The notes beneath the pieces were generated by a model. It did not search any database. It had not been told where the DNA came from and saw only the letters and a list, made by a program, of their open reading frames with translations. A program made the translations under genes and the position numbers. From Candidatus Gottesmanbacteria bacterium (GTDB taxonomy: Bacteria; Patescibacteriota; Microgenomatia; UBA10105; UBA927), in NCBI GenBank assembly GCA_030679255.1, contig JAUXTO010000019.1, positions 1,699 through 65,698 of the forward strand: a stretch of DNA of 64,000 nt, given 5' to 3'. Numbering within the stretch: position 1 is the first letter of the stretch; each line of letters opens with the position of its first letter. Positions 9,004-18,136 of the stretch are shown in pieces.

Positions 9004-9031
9004 TGACAAGACTTTTTTCACGAAGTAGCAT
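9004..9031 (+). promoter_or_regulatory. TTGACA / TAGCAT promoter giving a leaderless transcript
   Basis: ttgaca agacttttttcacgaag tagcat. ATG 9038 is 6 nt downstream. Confidence 0.4.
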
Positions 9032-9037
9032 GAAACC

Positions 9038-9292
9038 ATGCTCACATTTAAGGATCTTCAGGAAATTGAAGAGTTGATTCATAAGGTCGTCAAAGACCTC
9101 ATCAGTCACTTGCCTTCAAAAGATGACTTCTATACCCGCATGGATATGCTCTCCAAAGAAATCAAAGATGCCCGCGAGGAGCTTGCCGCCCATTCTATCA
9201 GCCACGATCGACTCACGGAAAATGATGAAGAACTCGAGAAGCGAGTCTCGGTGGTGGAGAAAAAGGTTGGCGCCTACACCATGAACAACTGA
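9038..9292 (+). CDS. Small coiled-coil protein, paralog of 9517..9843
   Basis: MLTFKDLQEIEEL...AAHSISHDRLTENDEELEKR versus ...AAHAIDHGRITDRFDHIDRHL. Confidence 0.45.
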   Translation: MLTFKDLQEIEELIHKVVKDLISHLPSKDDFYTRMDMLSKEIKDAREELAAHSISHDRLTENDEELEKRVSVVEKKVGAYTMNN

Positions 9293-9481
9293 CACTCTGA
9301 CCCCACCCTTCGGGTGGACTAGCTCCTGCCCGCTTCGCCTGAGCTTCAGCGAGACGAGCCCGCAATGCTTTCCGCATACCCGCCAGCAACGCTTCGCGTA
9401 GCGATGCGGGCTGGGCTCATGCAGGCGGGTCGCACCTTTTCTTACAAATACCATGGTAAAATACCATGGTGAAAAAAGAAC

Positions 9482-9510
9482 TTGACACGCCATGGTTCAC
9501 GCGGTAGAGT
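9482..9510 (+). promoter_or_regulatory. TTGACA, 17-nt spacer, TAGAGT promoter; leaderless
   Basis: ttgaca cgccatggttcacgcgg tagagt, immediately before the ATGs at 9511/9517. Confidence 0.4.
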
Positions 9511-9516
9511 ATGGGC

Positions 9517-9843
9517 ATGCTCACCAAGCAAGATAAACAATATCTTAAAGAAAACTTTGCTACCAAAGATGATCTCAAGCGTTTTGCTACCAAAGATGAA
9601 ACCCAAACGTTTATCCGGGTCGAGCTTGCACGCAATGAACCGGAACTTATCCGTAAAATATCGGATAAGGTGACGGAGACCCTTGGAGCAAAAATTGACA
9701 AGATGTACATCAAATTGGACTCGTTCGTTGGGGACATCAAAGCCCGTCGCGAAGAACAAGCCGCCCATGCCATCGACCACGGACGCATCACCGACCGCTT
9801 CGATCATATTGACCGCCATCTGGGTATCACCACCGCAGAATAA
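9517..9843 (+). CDS. Small coiled-coil protein, paralog of 9038..9292. An alternative ATG lies at 9511.
   Basis: Paralogy with 9038..9292. Both start ATGCTCAC. Confidence 0.45.
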   Translation: MLTKQDKQYLKENFATKDDLKRFATKDETQTFIRVELARNEPELIRKISDKVTETLGAKIDKMYIKLDSFVGDIKARREEQAAHAIDHGRITDRFDHIDRHLGITTAE

Positions 9844-9862
9844 TGACCCCCACCCTTTTGAC

Positions 9863-9900
9863 CCCCACCCTTCGGGGTTGATGACATATAGTTTGTTTTT
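9863..9900 (+). terminator. CCCC-ACCCTTCG-GGG hairpin plus a T-rich tract
   Basis: gacccccacccttcggggttgatgacatatagtttgtttttttt. Confidence 0.35.
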
Positions 9901-10226
9901 TTTGTTACTTTTTTGGGCGCTTCATGCCCCTGTAATTCCCCAGCGATTATGTCCTACGGCATTCCCCAGCGAAAATGTCCTATACTCTTCGTCATCCCGG
10001 ACAAGCGAAGCGCGATCCGGGATCCATTTATACAGTTAAAAACGTTTAATTGACTTCTACAAAGGCGCAATATGGATTCCCGCTTTCGCGGGAATGACAA
10101 ACATATCAATTCAAGTCTAGCCATACAACAGGACAAAATCCCTGGGTAATGAACAGGACATTATTGCTGGGGAATGACAGGCGCTTCATGCCCCTTGACA
10201 CCGATACCCTGGCCATTTCATACTGA

Positions 10227-10880
10227 ATGGAAGGGAAAAATTCTATGCAATCTATGAAACGTATTGGATTGATCGTCATCGTCCTCCTATCTCTTTCCCT
10301 TTTTGTCCACACGGCCGAGGCCGCTTCCACTCCCCCGCCCGATGTCGATGATAAAACCGTCTACGGGTCGCTCACAGGTGCAGCAATTTCCCCAGGATGG
10401 AATTATCTCAAACTTGGAGCTACCTCATGTTCTGCCGGAACCATCTTCGATGAACTGCAAGCTGATGCGGGTGGAGGGGTGCGGATTGACAGTCTCTGGG
10501 TGGGCTCTGGCACAACCCTTTTGAGCGGTCAAACCTGGAAAGAGTACGCGTCTGCCGATACTACGGCCATAAAATCCGTCATCCCAGCTGGATCCAAACT
10601 TGCCCTCTATACTGCATCCCGGTTTTATATAGATTTCAATGAGAGCACTTGTTCTAAAGAACGTACGGTCAAACAAAAAACGCAAATCGACCAGGCACGC
10701 GCCGTGGCGGTACAAAACGTTGCCCCAATCGATCCTCCAAAGCAAAACGTATCTCTGACCACGAAAATAACTGCACCAGCCGGACGCATATTCACATGGC
10801 TGGTCAACACGTGGACGAATGGAATTTCCATGGTTTGGAGCCAGGTGACAGGATTATTTGGACTAGGTTCAAAAAAATAA
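10227..10880 (+). CDS. Secreted hypothetical protein with a signal peptide. The true start may be at 10245 or 10254.
   Basis: MKRIGLIVIVLLSLSLFVHTAEA signal-like N-terminus. Confidence 0.45.
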   Translation: MEGKNSMQSMKRIGLIVIVLLSLSLFVHTAEAASTPPPDVDDKTVYGSLTGAAISPGWNYLKLGATSCSAGTIFDELQADAGGGVRIDSLWVGSGTTLLSGQTWKEYASADTTAIKSVIPAGSKLALYTASRFYIDFNESTCSKERTVKQKTQIDQARAVAVQNVAPIDPPKQNVSLTTKITAPAGRIFTWLVNTWTNGISMVWSQVTGLFGLGSKK

Positions 10881-10931
10881 CTTTGACCTCTTGAAGTCCC
10901 ATCAGCTCATTGCGTATAGTATCCATATCCT

Positions 10932-12938
10932 ATGCACCCAACCCACAAAACAACCGCGGATCACATCGGCAGTTGGACGATCATCGCGACTGCCGGATTA
11001 CTTCCTCTTTACTTTCTCCCCCTCACTCAGGACTATTACGATACGAATAAATGGATGCTCCTCGTCTCAAGTGCGCTCATCGTGACCGGGCTCTGGATAT
11101 GGCGCTCGATTGCGTCGCGTTCCCTATCGTTTTCCTGGAATGCCACGACCAAATCCCTGGGCTGCCTCTCTCTCGTTTCGCTCGTGAGTTTACTCGTCCC
11201 CACGATCAAAGCACTCTTTGGTGGCGCGGGATTTCCTGATGGCACACTGAGCATGCCAAGCCGCATAGAAGCCTTCACGACGCCCCTAGGGACAGGGACG
11301 ATGATCGCGGTATTTCTATTGGCATTCCTGGGATCCACATTTTTTGATGAAAAATCCCGCGGGACCCTGCGTTGGGTCTTGTATACCGTGGTGAGTCTCA
11401 CGGGTCTCGTCGCCATCTATCAATTTTTCGGCCTTTCCCGCGCGGCCGGTCTTACCGGACTTGCCGGACTTGCATATCTGGCTGATCCCCTCTGGACCCC
11501 CGTGGGAACGAGCGTCGGACTTATGACGATACTCGCCGTGACCATCCCCCTCCTCATCGGCGAAATAATCCACCGCAAAAAGCAGGGGGCTGACACGCAT
11601 ATGATAGCTGCCATCCTGATGACGATTGCCGCCATTGGAGGCCTCATCCTCACCGCATTTCAAGCGTTCCCCCTCCTCCTTTCCGGCATGCTCCCCTACT
11701 GGGCCGCGTGGCAAGTGCTTCTGGAGAGTTGGAAAAATCTCAAACAATTGTTCGTCGGGGTGGGCGCGGAAAACTTTATCACCGCATTTACCGCCGGACG
11801 TCCGGCGATCCTCAATATGACGGGGGCCTGGAGTACCCGCTACGCGATCAGCTCGTCATTTCTTTTTCACATTGCGACGATTTATGGGATCCTGGGACTT
11901 ACAGCGTTGGGGTATTTTTTCGTTTCTCTGATACGCGGGAAACACACAGTCGCCGTGTTCATCAGTAGAATTATTGCCTTGATTGCGTTCATCCTCCTCC
12001 CGCCAAGTTTTCCGGCATTGGTTGTGTTCATCATGGTACTCATGATGGATACCCACGGAAACGAAACACATATTACTCTCCCCAAAAAACCAGTGCTTCT
12101 TTACGGATTGGGGTGCCTAATCCTTCTCCTCACCCTTTGGGCGAGTTATGGTCTTATACGCGTATACCGTGCGGAACTCGCCTTTGGTCGGTCTCTTGCG
12201 GCTCTCCAAAAACGCGAAGGGACGGCTGCCTACAACGCACAGATTGAAGCGATAACTCTGAACCCCGGGATTGCGAGATTTCATACAAGCTACAGTCAAA
12301 CCAATTTGAGCCTCGCCAATGCCCTGGCCGGCACCGCAAGCTCCTCGGCCCAACCCGAACAGGTGAAAAAAGACCGGGAAACAGCCACTCAACTCGTCCA
12401 GCAAGCCATCCGTGAGGCTAAAATTGCCGTCAATCTCGCGCCCAACAATATCCTCGTCTGGGAAAATATTGCCGCCGTCTATCAGGAGCTCACGGGAGTC
12501 GCCCAAGGCGCGGACCAGTGGACCGTGGCCAGCTACAGCCAGGCCATGCAGCTTGATCCCACCAATCCCGCGCTCCGGCTCAGATTGGGAGGCGCCTACG
12601 TGGGCCAGCAAAAGTTTGACCGGGCGTCGGAGCAATATATCGCGGCCATTGGGCTCAAACCCGACTTTGCCAATGCCTACTACAACCTGGGCTTCGTTTA
12701 CCGTGAAACAAAAAAATATTTAGCGGCCGCCCAGGCTATCCGCGAAGCACTCAAGTATGTGACACCAGGCAGTGACGGCGCGACACAAGGCCAAAATGAG
12801 CTTGATGCTCTGCGCAATCTTTTGACGGAGAAGGAAAAAGCAATACTGGATAACGCCAATACGGTCCAAACTAATGAACCGCTTCTCACTCCGGCTCCCA
12901 AAAAATCAGCGACCGAACCCCTGTCCCCTCTACCATAA
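10932..12938 (+). CDS. O-antigen ligase (Wzy_C)-like polytopic membrane protein with C-terminal TPR repeats
   Basis: About 10 TM segments, then TPR-like repeats (AYYNLGFVYRETKKYLAAAQAIREAL). Confidence 0.55.
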   Translation: MHPTHKTTADHIGSWTIIATAGLLPLYFLPLTQDYYDTNKWMLLVSSALIVTGLWIWRSIASRSLSFSWNATTKSLGCLSLVSLVSLLVPTIKALFGGAGFPDGTLSMPSRIEAFTTPLGTGTMIAVFLLAFLGSTFFDEKSRGTLRWVLYTVVSLTGLVAIYQFFGLSRAAGLTGLAGLAYLADPLWTPVGTSVGLMTILAVTIPLLIGEIIHRKKQGADTHMIAAILMTIAAIGGLILTAFQAFPLLLSGMLPYWAAWQVLLESWKNLKQLFVGVGAENFITAFTAGRPAILNMTGAWSTRYAISSSFLFHIATIYGILGLTALGYFFVSLIRGKHTVAVFISRIIALIAFILLPPSFPALVVFIMVLMMDTHGNETHITLPKKPVLLYGLGCLILLLTLWASYGLIRVYRAELAFGRSLAALQKREGTAAYNAQIEAITLNPGIARFHTSYSQTNLSLANALAGTASSSAQPEQVKKDRETATQLVQQAIREAKIAVNLAPNNILVWENIAAVYQELTGVAQGADQWTVASYSQAMQLDPTNPALRLRLGGAYVGQQKFDRASEQYIAAIGLKPDFANAYYNLGFVYRETKKYLAAAQAIREALKYVTPGSDGATQGQNELDALRNLLTEKEKAILDNANTVQTNEPLLTPAPKKSATEPLSPLP

Positions 12939-12961
12939 GAAGCGGGAAACGTTGAGAAGAA

Positions 12962-14059
12962 TTATCCGTCGTGCTTCACCCGTCCGGCGAGGGCTCCGGC
13001 GAAGATGAAACAGTAAAGGATAAGCCCCATGAAAAAGCCTTTGATGGAAAAGACAATCCCCTTCTCCTTTACCATGAATGCGAGGAATTTACGGGTGAGG
13101 AAGAGATGGAGGAAGAGAATGACCAATGACCAATACACAATGACCAATGGATAATAACAGGAAAAAATACTCACCACATTTGACATTTGACATTTGACAT
13201 TTGACATTGCGGGAAGCGTAGGGAGAAGCAAAAGACTTATCAGTCCGAAGAAGACCGTACCGACACCAGTCACCGTGGTGAGCGCTTCCTGCAATGTCGT
13301 GGCCACCGGATCAAATTTTTTCCGACGTTGATAAAGTTTCGTCCAGTAGTATGCCCGCAGAAAATATTTTTTGGCGACGGGCCAAAAGGACTCAAACTCG
13401 TGCCGGACGCGGACGTTGGGGGCAAAGATAATTGCGTAGCGCCGGGCTATTCTATAGGTGAGTTCAATGTCTTCCACGAGCGGGGCCGGATACGTCTCGT
13501 CAAAGCCACCGAGGCGCTGGAAGACGGTTTTTTTAATCGAAGCAATGCGAGTGGAAAATAAAAAGTAGTACCCGCTTTTGTCCCGCTCGTTGATCCAATA
13601 CGACCAGTCGCGCAGGGCTTTGTAGTTAGGAAAAAAAGCTTTACTGCGCTGCTCTTTCACCCATACACCGGTGACGGCGACCACATCCGGATCATCCTGG
13701 TAAATCTTGGCTAAATTGTGCAGCGTATCGGGAAACAGCTCGACGTCGCTATCGAGAAATACGACGAATTTCCCCCGGGCTACCTTTACCCCTCTGTTGC
13801 GCGCCACCGCCGGCCCCATATTCTTATGCAGCGTCACGACACGAAGTGAAAATTTTGAATTTACTTGCCCGCCGAAGCCTTGGCGAAGGCGGGTTTGGAA
13901 TTTGGAGCTTGGGATTTGGAATTTCGTCGACGATCCATCGTCAACGACGATCACCTCATATGAGGGAGCCTTTTTCGACCCCTGTATTGACCCGAGAAGC
14001 CGCCCGATGGTCTCAGACGAGTTGTGGTAAGGAATGATGAGAGAAAGGAATGGTTTCAT
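12962..14059 (-). CDS. GT2 glycosyltransferase with a C-terminal membrane region
   Basis: LSLIIPYHNSSETI...YEVIVVDDGSS...FLDSDVEL. Contains in-frame (TTTGACA)4 and (ATGACCA)n tracts. Confidence 0.65.
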   Translation of the reverse strand: MKPFLSLIIPYHNSSETIGRLLGSIQGSKKAPSYEVIVVDDGSSTKFQIPSSKFQTRLRQGFGGQVNSKFSLRVVTLHKNMGPAVARNRGVKVARGKFVVFLDSDVELFPDTLHNLAKIYQDDPDVVAVTGVWVKEQRSKAFFPNYKALRDWSYWINERDKSGYYFLFSTRIASIKKTVFQRLGGFDETYPAPLVEDIELTYRIARRYAIIFAPNVRVRHEFESFWPVAKKYFLRAYYWTKLYQRRKKFDPVATTLQEALTTVTGVGTVFFGLISLLLLPTLPAMSNVKCQMSNVVSIFSCYYPLVIVYWSLVILFLHLFLTRKFLAFMVKEKGIVFSIKGFFMGLILYCFIFAGALAGRVKHDG

Positions 14060-14202
14060 AATTTTTTAATACTACCAATCCGACCCGCTTCGCCGATGCT
14101 TCAGCGAGGCGAGCAAATACTACCAATACTACCAAACGAAGCCAATACGTACTTTTATTCTTGGTAGTATTTGATATTGGTAGTATTGGATTATTGGTAG
14201 TA

Positions 14203-15756
14203 TTACTTTCGTATGAGTAATCCCCCTATCGTAGGGCTAGGCAGAAAGTGGGCAGCAATATAGGCTTGATCTACGGGCAAAAGCGTCGTCACGCGTTTCA
14301 CTCCCCCTTCAAAAATATACTTCGTGTTTGTTTTTTGTAGCGCTTCAATAAGCGCGGGCAGGGGGCGGGACAAGTACGGTGCTGATTGCCCAAAGGGCGT
14401 ACAGCAGACCACGTACGGATGCTTATAGTAGAGGGTTTCTCCGGTCAGATCAAGGATGTATTCTGTGGTGGGGATCGTTTTGTAAAGCATCGTCAATTGT
14501 TTGATCGTATCGGCATTGGTCCAACCGCGTTTGGGACTATTAACCGCCACAAAAACCTGCATGAGCCGGATCGAACCGAGGATAAACAGTGCTAAAAAAA
14601 CTCCGGTCGGGAGGAGATTAGCATGGTTTTTCGATAGCTCCACACTTCTGCGCCAAAGCATATCCACCGCATCGGCCGCGTAAAACGCGATGAATACAAC
14701 GATGGGGATGAGGTACTGCGTGTGTTTAAGCGGGACGATCTGGACGTAAAAAATGACATAAACGAAAAACGTTGAGGCGATCAAAAACTCTGACCAAGAC
14801 CTTCCTGGAGTAACGAGCCGGTAAAGTCCGACGAAAATAGCGGTAAGCCACATGGCGTGATTGGTGACCAGTCCCGCGTTCCATCCTGCCGTCCCATAGA
14901 ACGTGACGTTGGGATAGAAAAACAAATCCGGCATCATGATGAAGGTTTGACTGATTTTGTTGGCCTCAAGACCAAGCTTCGTGAGTGAGTATATTACCTG
15001 ATCAATATTGCCAAGGGTCAGCGTCCAGAGGGCAAATATAGATATAGGTAAAAACATTCCGGCAAGAAGATGCGCGAGCCCTTTGAAAGATTCCCGGAAT
15101 TCTAACTTCTTCCCCGCCTGCCGGACGGACAGGAATTCCGGGAATCGGATAGCACGAAGCAACTCTATCCCCACCGCCACCCCCACCTGCGGCAGAGTTT
15201 TGGGAAGGATGAGCAGGGATATGCCATAGAAAAAACCAGCGACCATCCCGCAAGACACTCTCTTGCAGCCTCGCAAGAGCATGTCTTGCGAGGCTAAGAC
15301 GTGAAAAACCATTCCGAGCATCGCGAACAAGACGGCCAAAGTATCCGGCCGGATTTCCAGGAATTTATCAAACGGCATGGGAAGAAATGCAAGGATCACG
15401 CCGGCCACGATCGCAGTCCACGACCGACGCATGAGCCAAAAGAGAAGCATCGTCACCCCGACCAATAAGACAAATATACCAAATTGAACTATTCTCGCCG
15501 CAAAAATTGGCGCGATCCCGCCTCCGAAGGCAAAAAGCGGCATGAGAAAAAGATGAAAACCCGGCGGAAAGAAAAAAAGGAAATCCACATAGGGCCGGCG
15601 GCCGGAAAACATCTGAAACGCCCACGACAAATGCGCAAATTCATCGACATCAAAATAGCGTGTCATGCCAAGCTGGAAGTGCCAATAAAGAAGAATAGAC
15701 AATAAACAAAAAGCAATAAACGAGAGAATAACTGAAATGAACTGACGTACATTCAT
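14203..15756 (-). CDS. GT-C fold membrane glycosyltransferase (ArnT/PMT-like). Start trimmed to an ATG overlapping the upstream stop (ATGA).
   Basis: FDVDEFAHL DE motif near the N-terminus, many TM segments. Paralog of 51263..53122. Carries an in-frame palindrome (ASQDMLLRG). Confidence 0.55.
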   Translation of the reverse strand: MNVRQFISVILSFIAFCLLSILLYWHFQLGMTRYFDVDEFAHLSWAFQMFSGRRPYVDFLFFFPPGFHLFLMPLFAFGGGIAPIFAARIVQFGIFVLLVGVTMLLFWLMRRSWTAIVAGVILAFLPMPFDKFLEIRPDTLAVLFAMLGMVFHVLASQDMLLRGCKRVSCGMVAGFFYGISLLILPKTLPQVGVAVGIELLRAIRFPEFLSVRQAGKKLEFRESFKGLAHLLAGMFLPISIFALWTLTLGNIDQVIYSLTKLGLEANKISQTFIMMPDLFFYPNVTFYGTAGWNAGLVTNHAMWLTAIFVGLYRLVTPGRSWSEFLIASTFFVYVIFYVQIVPLKHTQYLIPIVVFIAFYAADAVDMLWRRSVELSKNHANLLPTGVFLALFILGSIRLMQVFVAVNSPKRGWTNADTIKQLTMLYKTIPTTEYILDLTGETLYYKHPYVVCCTPFGQSAPYLSRPLPALIEALQKTNTKYIFEGGVKRVTTLLPVDQAYIAAHFLPSPTIGGLLIRK

Positions 15757-16439
15757 AAGAAAAATCGTATCATGTCGACGATTGTTTGAACGACGGTACG
15801 CCAACTGTTGCCTCCACCAACTTCATTATCGGAGCGTGCACGGTGAGCGATGGGAATTTCTGTGACCGAAAAGCCCAACCGTTTTGTCCGGATGACGAGC
15901 TCTGCATCGACGAACGCGGAAGAAGATGACAGATGCAGAGAGGTCAGAACAGACCGGCGAAGGAGACGTACCGAATTAACATCATGGAGTGTGACACCGA
16001 ACAACCATCGGAGCAATGTGTTATAAATCCACGAGGAAAAAAGTCTGTTAGTCGGATCGTGGCGTTTGACCCGCCAGCCCAAAATCATATCATTGTTTCC
16101 AATGTGCGGTATCAATTTTTGCACTTCCTTCGCCCCGATTTGATAATCCCCGGGGATCGTAAAGAGCCACTCATATTGGCCTGCAAAATACAGTTCCTTT
16201 ATCGTCCTGCCATACCCCTGATTCGTCCGATGGGTGATGACACGGATATTTTTATATTTCTTCATGAGATTGACAAGGCCAGGCCCTGTCCTATCGTGGG
16301 ATCCGTCATCCGTGACGATTATTTCAAATTTCTTTGCTACCCGCCGGCCCACCGCAACGGCTTCCGCAACAACTTTTTCTATCGTCGCTTCATCGTTATA
16401 CGCCGGGATGAGAAGGGAAAGAGAAGAAAGCTTGATCAT
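15753..16439 (-). CDS. GT2 polyprenyl-phosphate sugar synthase-like (DPM1/GtrB type)
   Basis: LLIPAYNDEATIEKVV...IIVTDDGSHDRT...HRTNQGYGRT. Start trimmed to ATG 16439. Confidence 0.65.
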   Translation of the reverse strand: MIKLSSLSLLIPAYNDEATIEKVVAEAVAVGRRVAKKFEIIVTDDGSHDRTGPGLVNLMKKYKNIRVITHRTNQGYGRTIKELYFAGQYEWLFTIPGDYQIGAKEVQKLIPHIGNNDMILGWRVKRHDPTNRLFSSWIYNTLLRWLFGVTLHDVNSVRLLRRSVLTSLHLSSSSAFVDAELVIRTKRLGFSVTEIPIAHRARSDNEVGGGNSWRTVVQTIVDMIRFFL

Positions 16440-16441
16440 AG

Positions 16442-17446
16442 TTACCAGTAGTGTATTTTGTATTTCCCGTAATACGCAACAGTTTGTTTGAGTCCTGCTT
16501 CCAAACTCGTCACGGGTTTCCAGCATGTCAATTTTATTATTTTGGTGATATCACTCGTAAAGTCGCCCGGCTCCTGGGCTGCCCGCCCCGGGGAAAATGG
16601 CGTTCGCTTGATACTCCCCGATCCGGCGACCCGGACGATGGTTTTGGCGAGTGTCATAAAATCGCTCGCTGTGGGTTGACCAACGTTTATTATCTCGCCG
16701 TAACAGGATGGCTCTAGTGTGCAACGAAGCATGGCCTCAATGCAATCATCGATATACAAGAAGTCTCGCTTGAGCTTTCCGTCGCCGTAGACCGGGATCG
16801 TTTTGCCGTCCATAGCAAGGCGCACAAACCAGTTGACGACACCATAATGGTCATGACGCATTTGACTTCGTGGGCCATAGATATTGGTCAACCTCAGACA
16901 AACCGAGCGGACTCCATGCACGTCGTGATAAACCTGCACCATTTTTTCGGCAGTCAAATTCGTGATCTCATACATCCCACGCGGGTTGGTCGGGGCATCT
17001 TCACGGACGGGTAATTTCACTTGTTTCCCGTACTGGCCGCGCGTCCCGGCATAGATCAAACGGACCGAAGGATTATATTTTTTACACGCTTCCAATAAAA
17101 TTGCAGTACCGCGGATATTGACGTCGATATCGGGGAAGGGATCCGTAAGGCTCAGGATGTGATCCGTCTGACGGGCGAGATGAAAAATATAGTCTTTATC
17201 TTTGACGGCATTCCCCACTAGTGCCGAGTCGCGGACATCACCATGAATAATGGTGGTTTTCTTCTTAATGGGTTCAATATTAAAAACATTTCCCCCCAGC
17301 CCGGGAGTGAGATTGTCGAGGATGGTCACCTTTGCCCCGTCTTTCACCAAGGCAATGGCAAGATTACTCCCGATAAATCCGAGGCCCCCGGTGATGAGGA
17401 TAGTTTTACCGTCAAAACTTTGTTGCATCATGGGAAATTGTAGCAT
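16442..17446 (-). CDS. NAD-dependent epimerase/dehydratase (SDR). The start is probably a few codons in.
   Basis: ILITGGLGFIGSNL Rossmann motif and a YxxxK region. Confidence 0.7.
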   Translation of the reverse strand: MLQFPMMQQSFDGKTILITGGLGFIGSNLAIALVKDGAKVTILDNLTPGLGGNVFNIEPIKKKTTIIHGDVRDSALVGNAVKDKDYIFHLARQTDHILSLTDPFPDIDVNIRGTAILLEACKKYNPSVRLIYAGTRGQYGKQVKLPVREDAPTNPRGMYEITNLTAEKMVQVYHDVHGVRSVCLRLTNIYGPRSQMRHDHYGVVNWFVRLAMDGKTIPVYGDGKLKRDFLYIDDCIEAMLRCTLEPSCYGEIINVGQPTASDFMTLAKTIVRVAGSGSIKRTPFSPGRAAQEPGDFTSDITKIIKLTCWKPVTSLEAGLKQTVAYYGKYKIHYW

Positions 17447-17462
17447 AGAATAGCAAAGGAAA

Positions 17463-17807
17463 ATGAAAACGAACGTACTCTACTACGCCACACCCAACGG
17501 CACAAACGTTATACGCGAGTTTATTCTTTCGCTTGAGAAACGCCAACAAGCAAAAATCCGCCGAATATTTCAAACGATCAGCCAGTACGGTCTCTCCTCT
17601 ATCCTCCCCCATACAAAAAAATTGACCGGAACGCCACTTTGGGAAATACGCATCCTCGGGGGTGACAATATACGAGTCATATACATTGTCCCACTGGTAA
17701 ACACCGTACTCGTCCTCCATGGATTTATCAAAAAATCACAAAAAACACCACCGCGGGAACTGCAGATTGCCCAACATAGACTGAGTGACTGGCAACAGAG
17801 TCATTGA
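17463..17807 (+). CDS. Type II toxin, RelE/ParE superfamily, Gp49/HigB-like
   Basis: KKLTGTPLWEIRILGGDNIRVIY...VLHGFIKKSQKTPPRELQIAQHRL. Confidence 0.65.
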   Translation: MKTNVLYYATPNGTNVIREFILSLEKRQQAKIRRIFQTISQYGLSSILPHTKKLTGTPLWEIRILGGDNIRVIYIVPLVNTVLVLHGFIKKSQKTPPRELQIAQHRLSDWQQSH

Positions 17808-17840
17808 CGAGTGACATCATATATGATATAAAATCTGTAT

Positions 17841-18134
17841 ATGAAAAAAAGAAAAATTCGCTACTACACATTTGAGGATGATCTAAAAAAAAGCTTGAAA
17901 GATCCCGGATTTCGTAAGGCCTGGAAAGATTCTGAGGCTGAATATCTCGTCTCCAGGGGAATCATAGAAAAACGCCTTGCCAAAAAACTTTCCCAACGGG
18001 ATCTTGCTCTCCGCGTCAAAACGTCTCAGGCAGCTATCTCGCGGGTAGAGGCCATGAATGGTAATCCTTCTCTTGGATTCCTTAAGCGTATTGCCACCGC
18101 ACTTGGGACAAATCTACGCATTTCATTCTCATAA
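17841..18134 (+). CDS. HTH XRE-family antitoxin (HigA-like)
   Basis: LSQRDLALRVKTSQAAISRVEAMNGNPSLGFLKRIATALG, downstream of the toxin. Confidence 0.65.
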   Translation: MKKRKIRYYTFEDDLKKSLKDPGFRKAWKDSEAEYLVSRGIIEKRLAKKLSQRDLALRVKTSQAAISRVEAMNGNPSLGFLKRIATALGTNLRISFS

Positions 18135-18136
18135 CT

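Noticed and set aside
13179-13206. (TTTGACA)n tracts interpreted as arrays of -35 promoter hexamers
   Set aside because: They lie inside open reading frames on the coding strand of minus-strand genes, with no -10 partner. More simply explained as heptamer microsatellites.
15933-16491. Plus-strand ORFs antisense to the GT2 and epimerase genes
   Set aside because: The minus-strand genes have clear family signatures and operon-style overlaps. The antisense ORFs have none.
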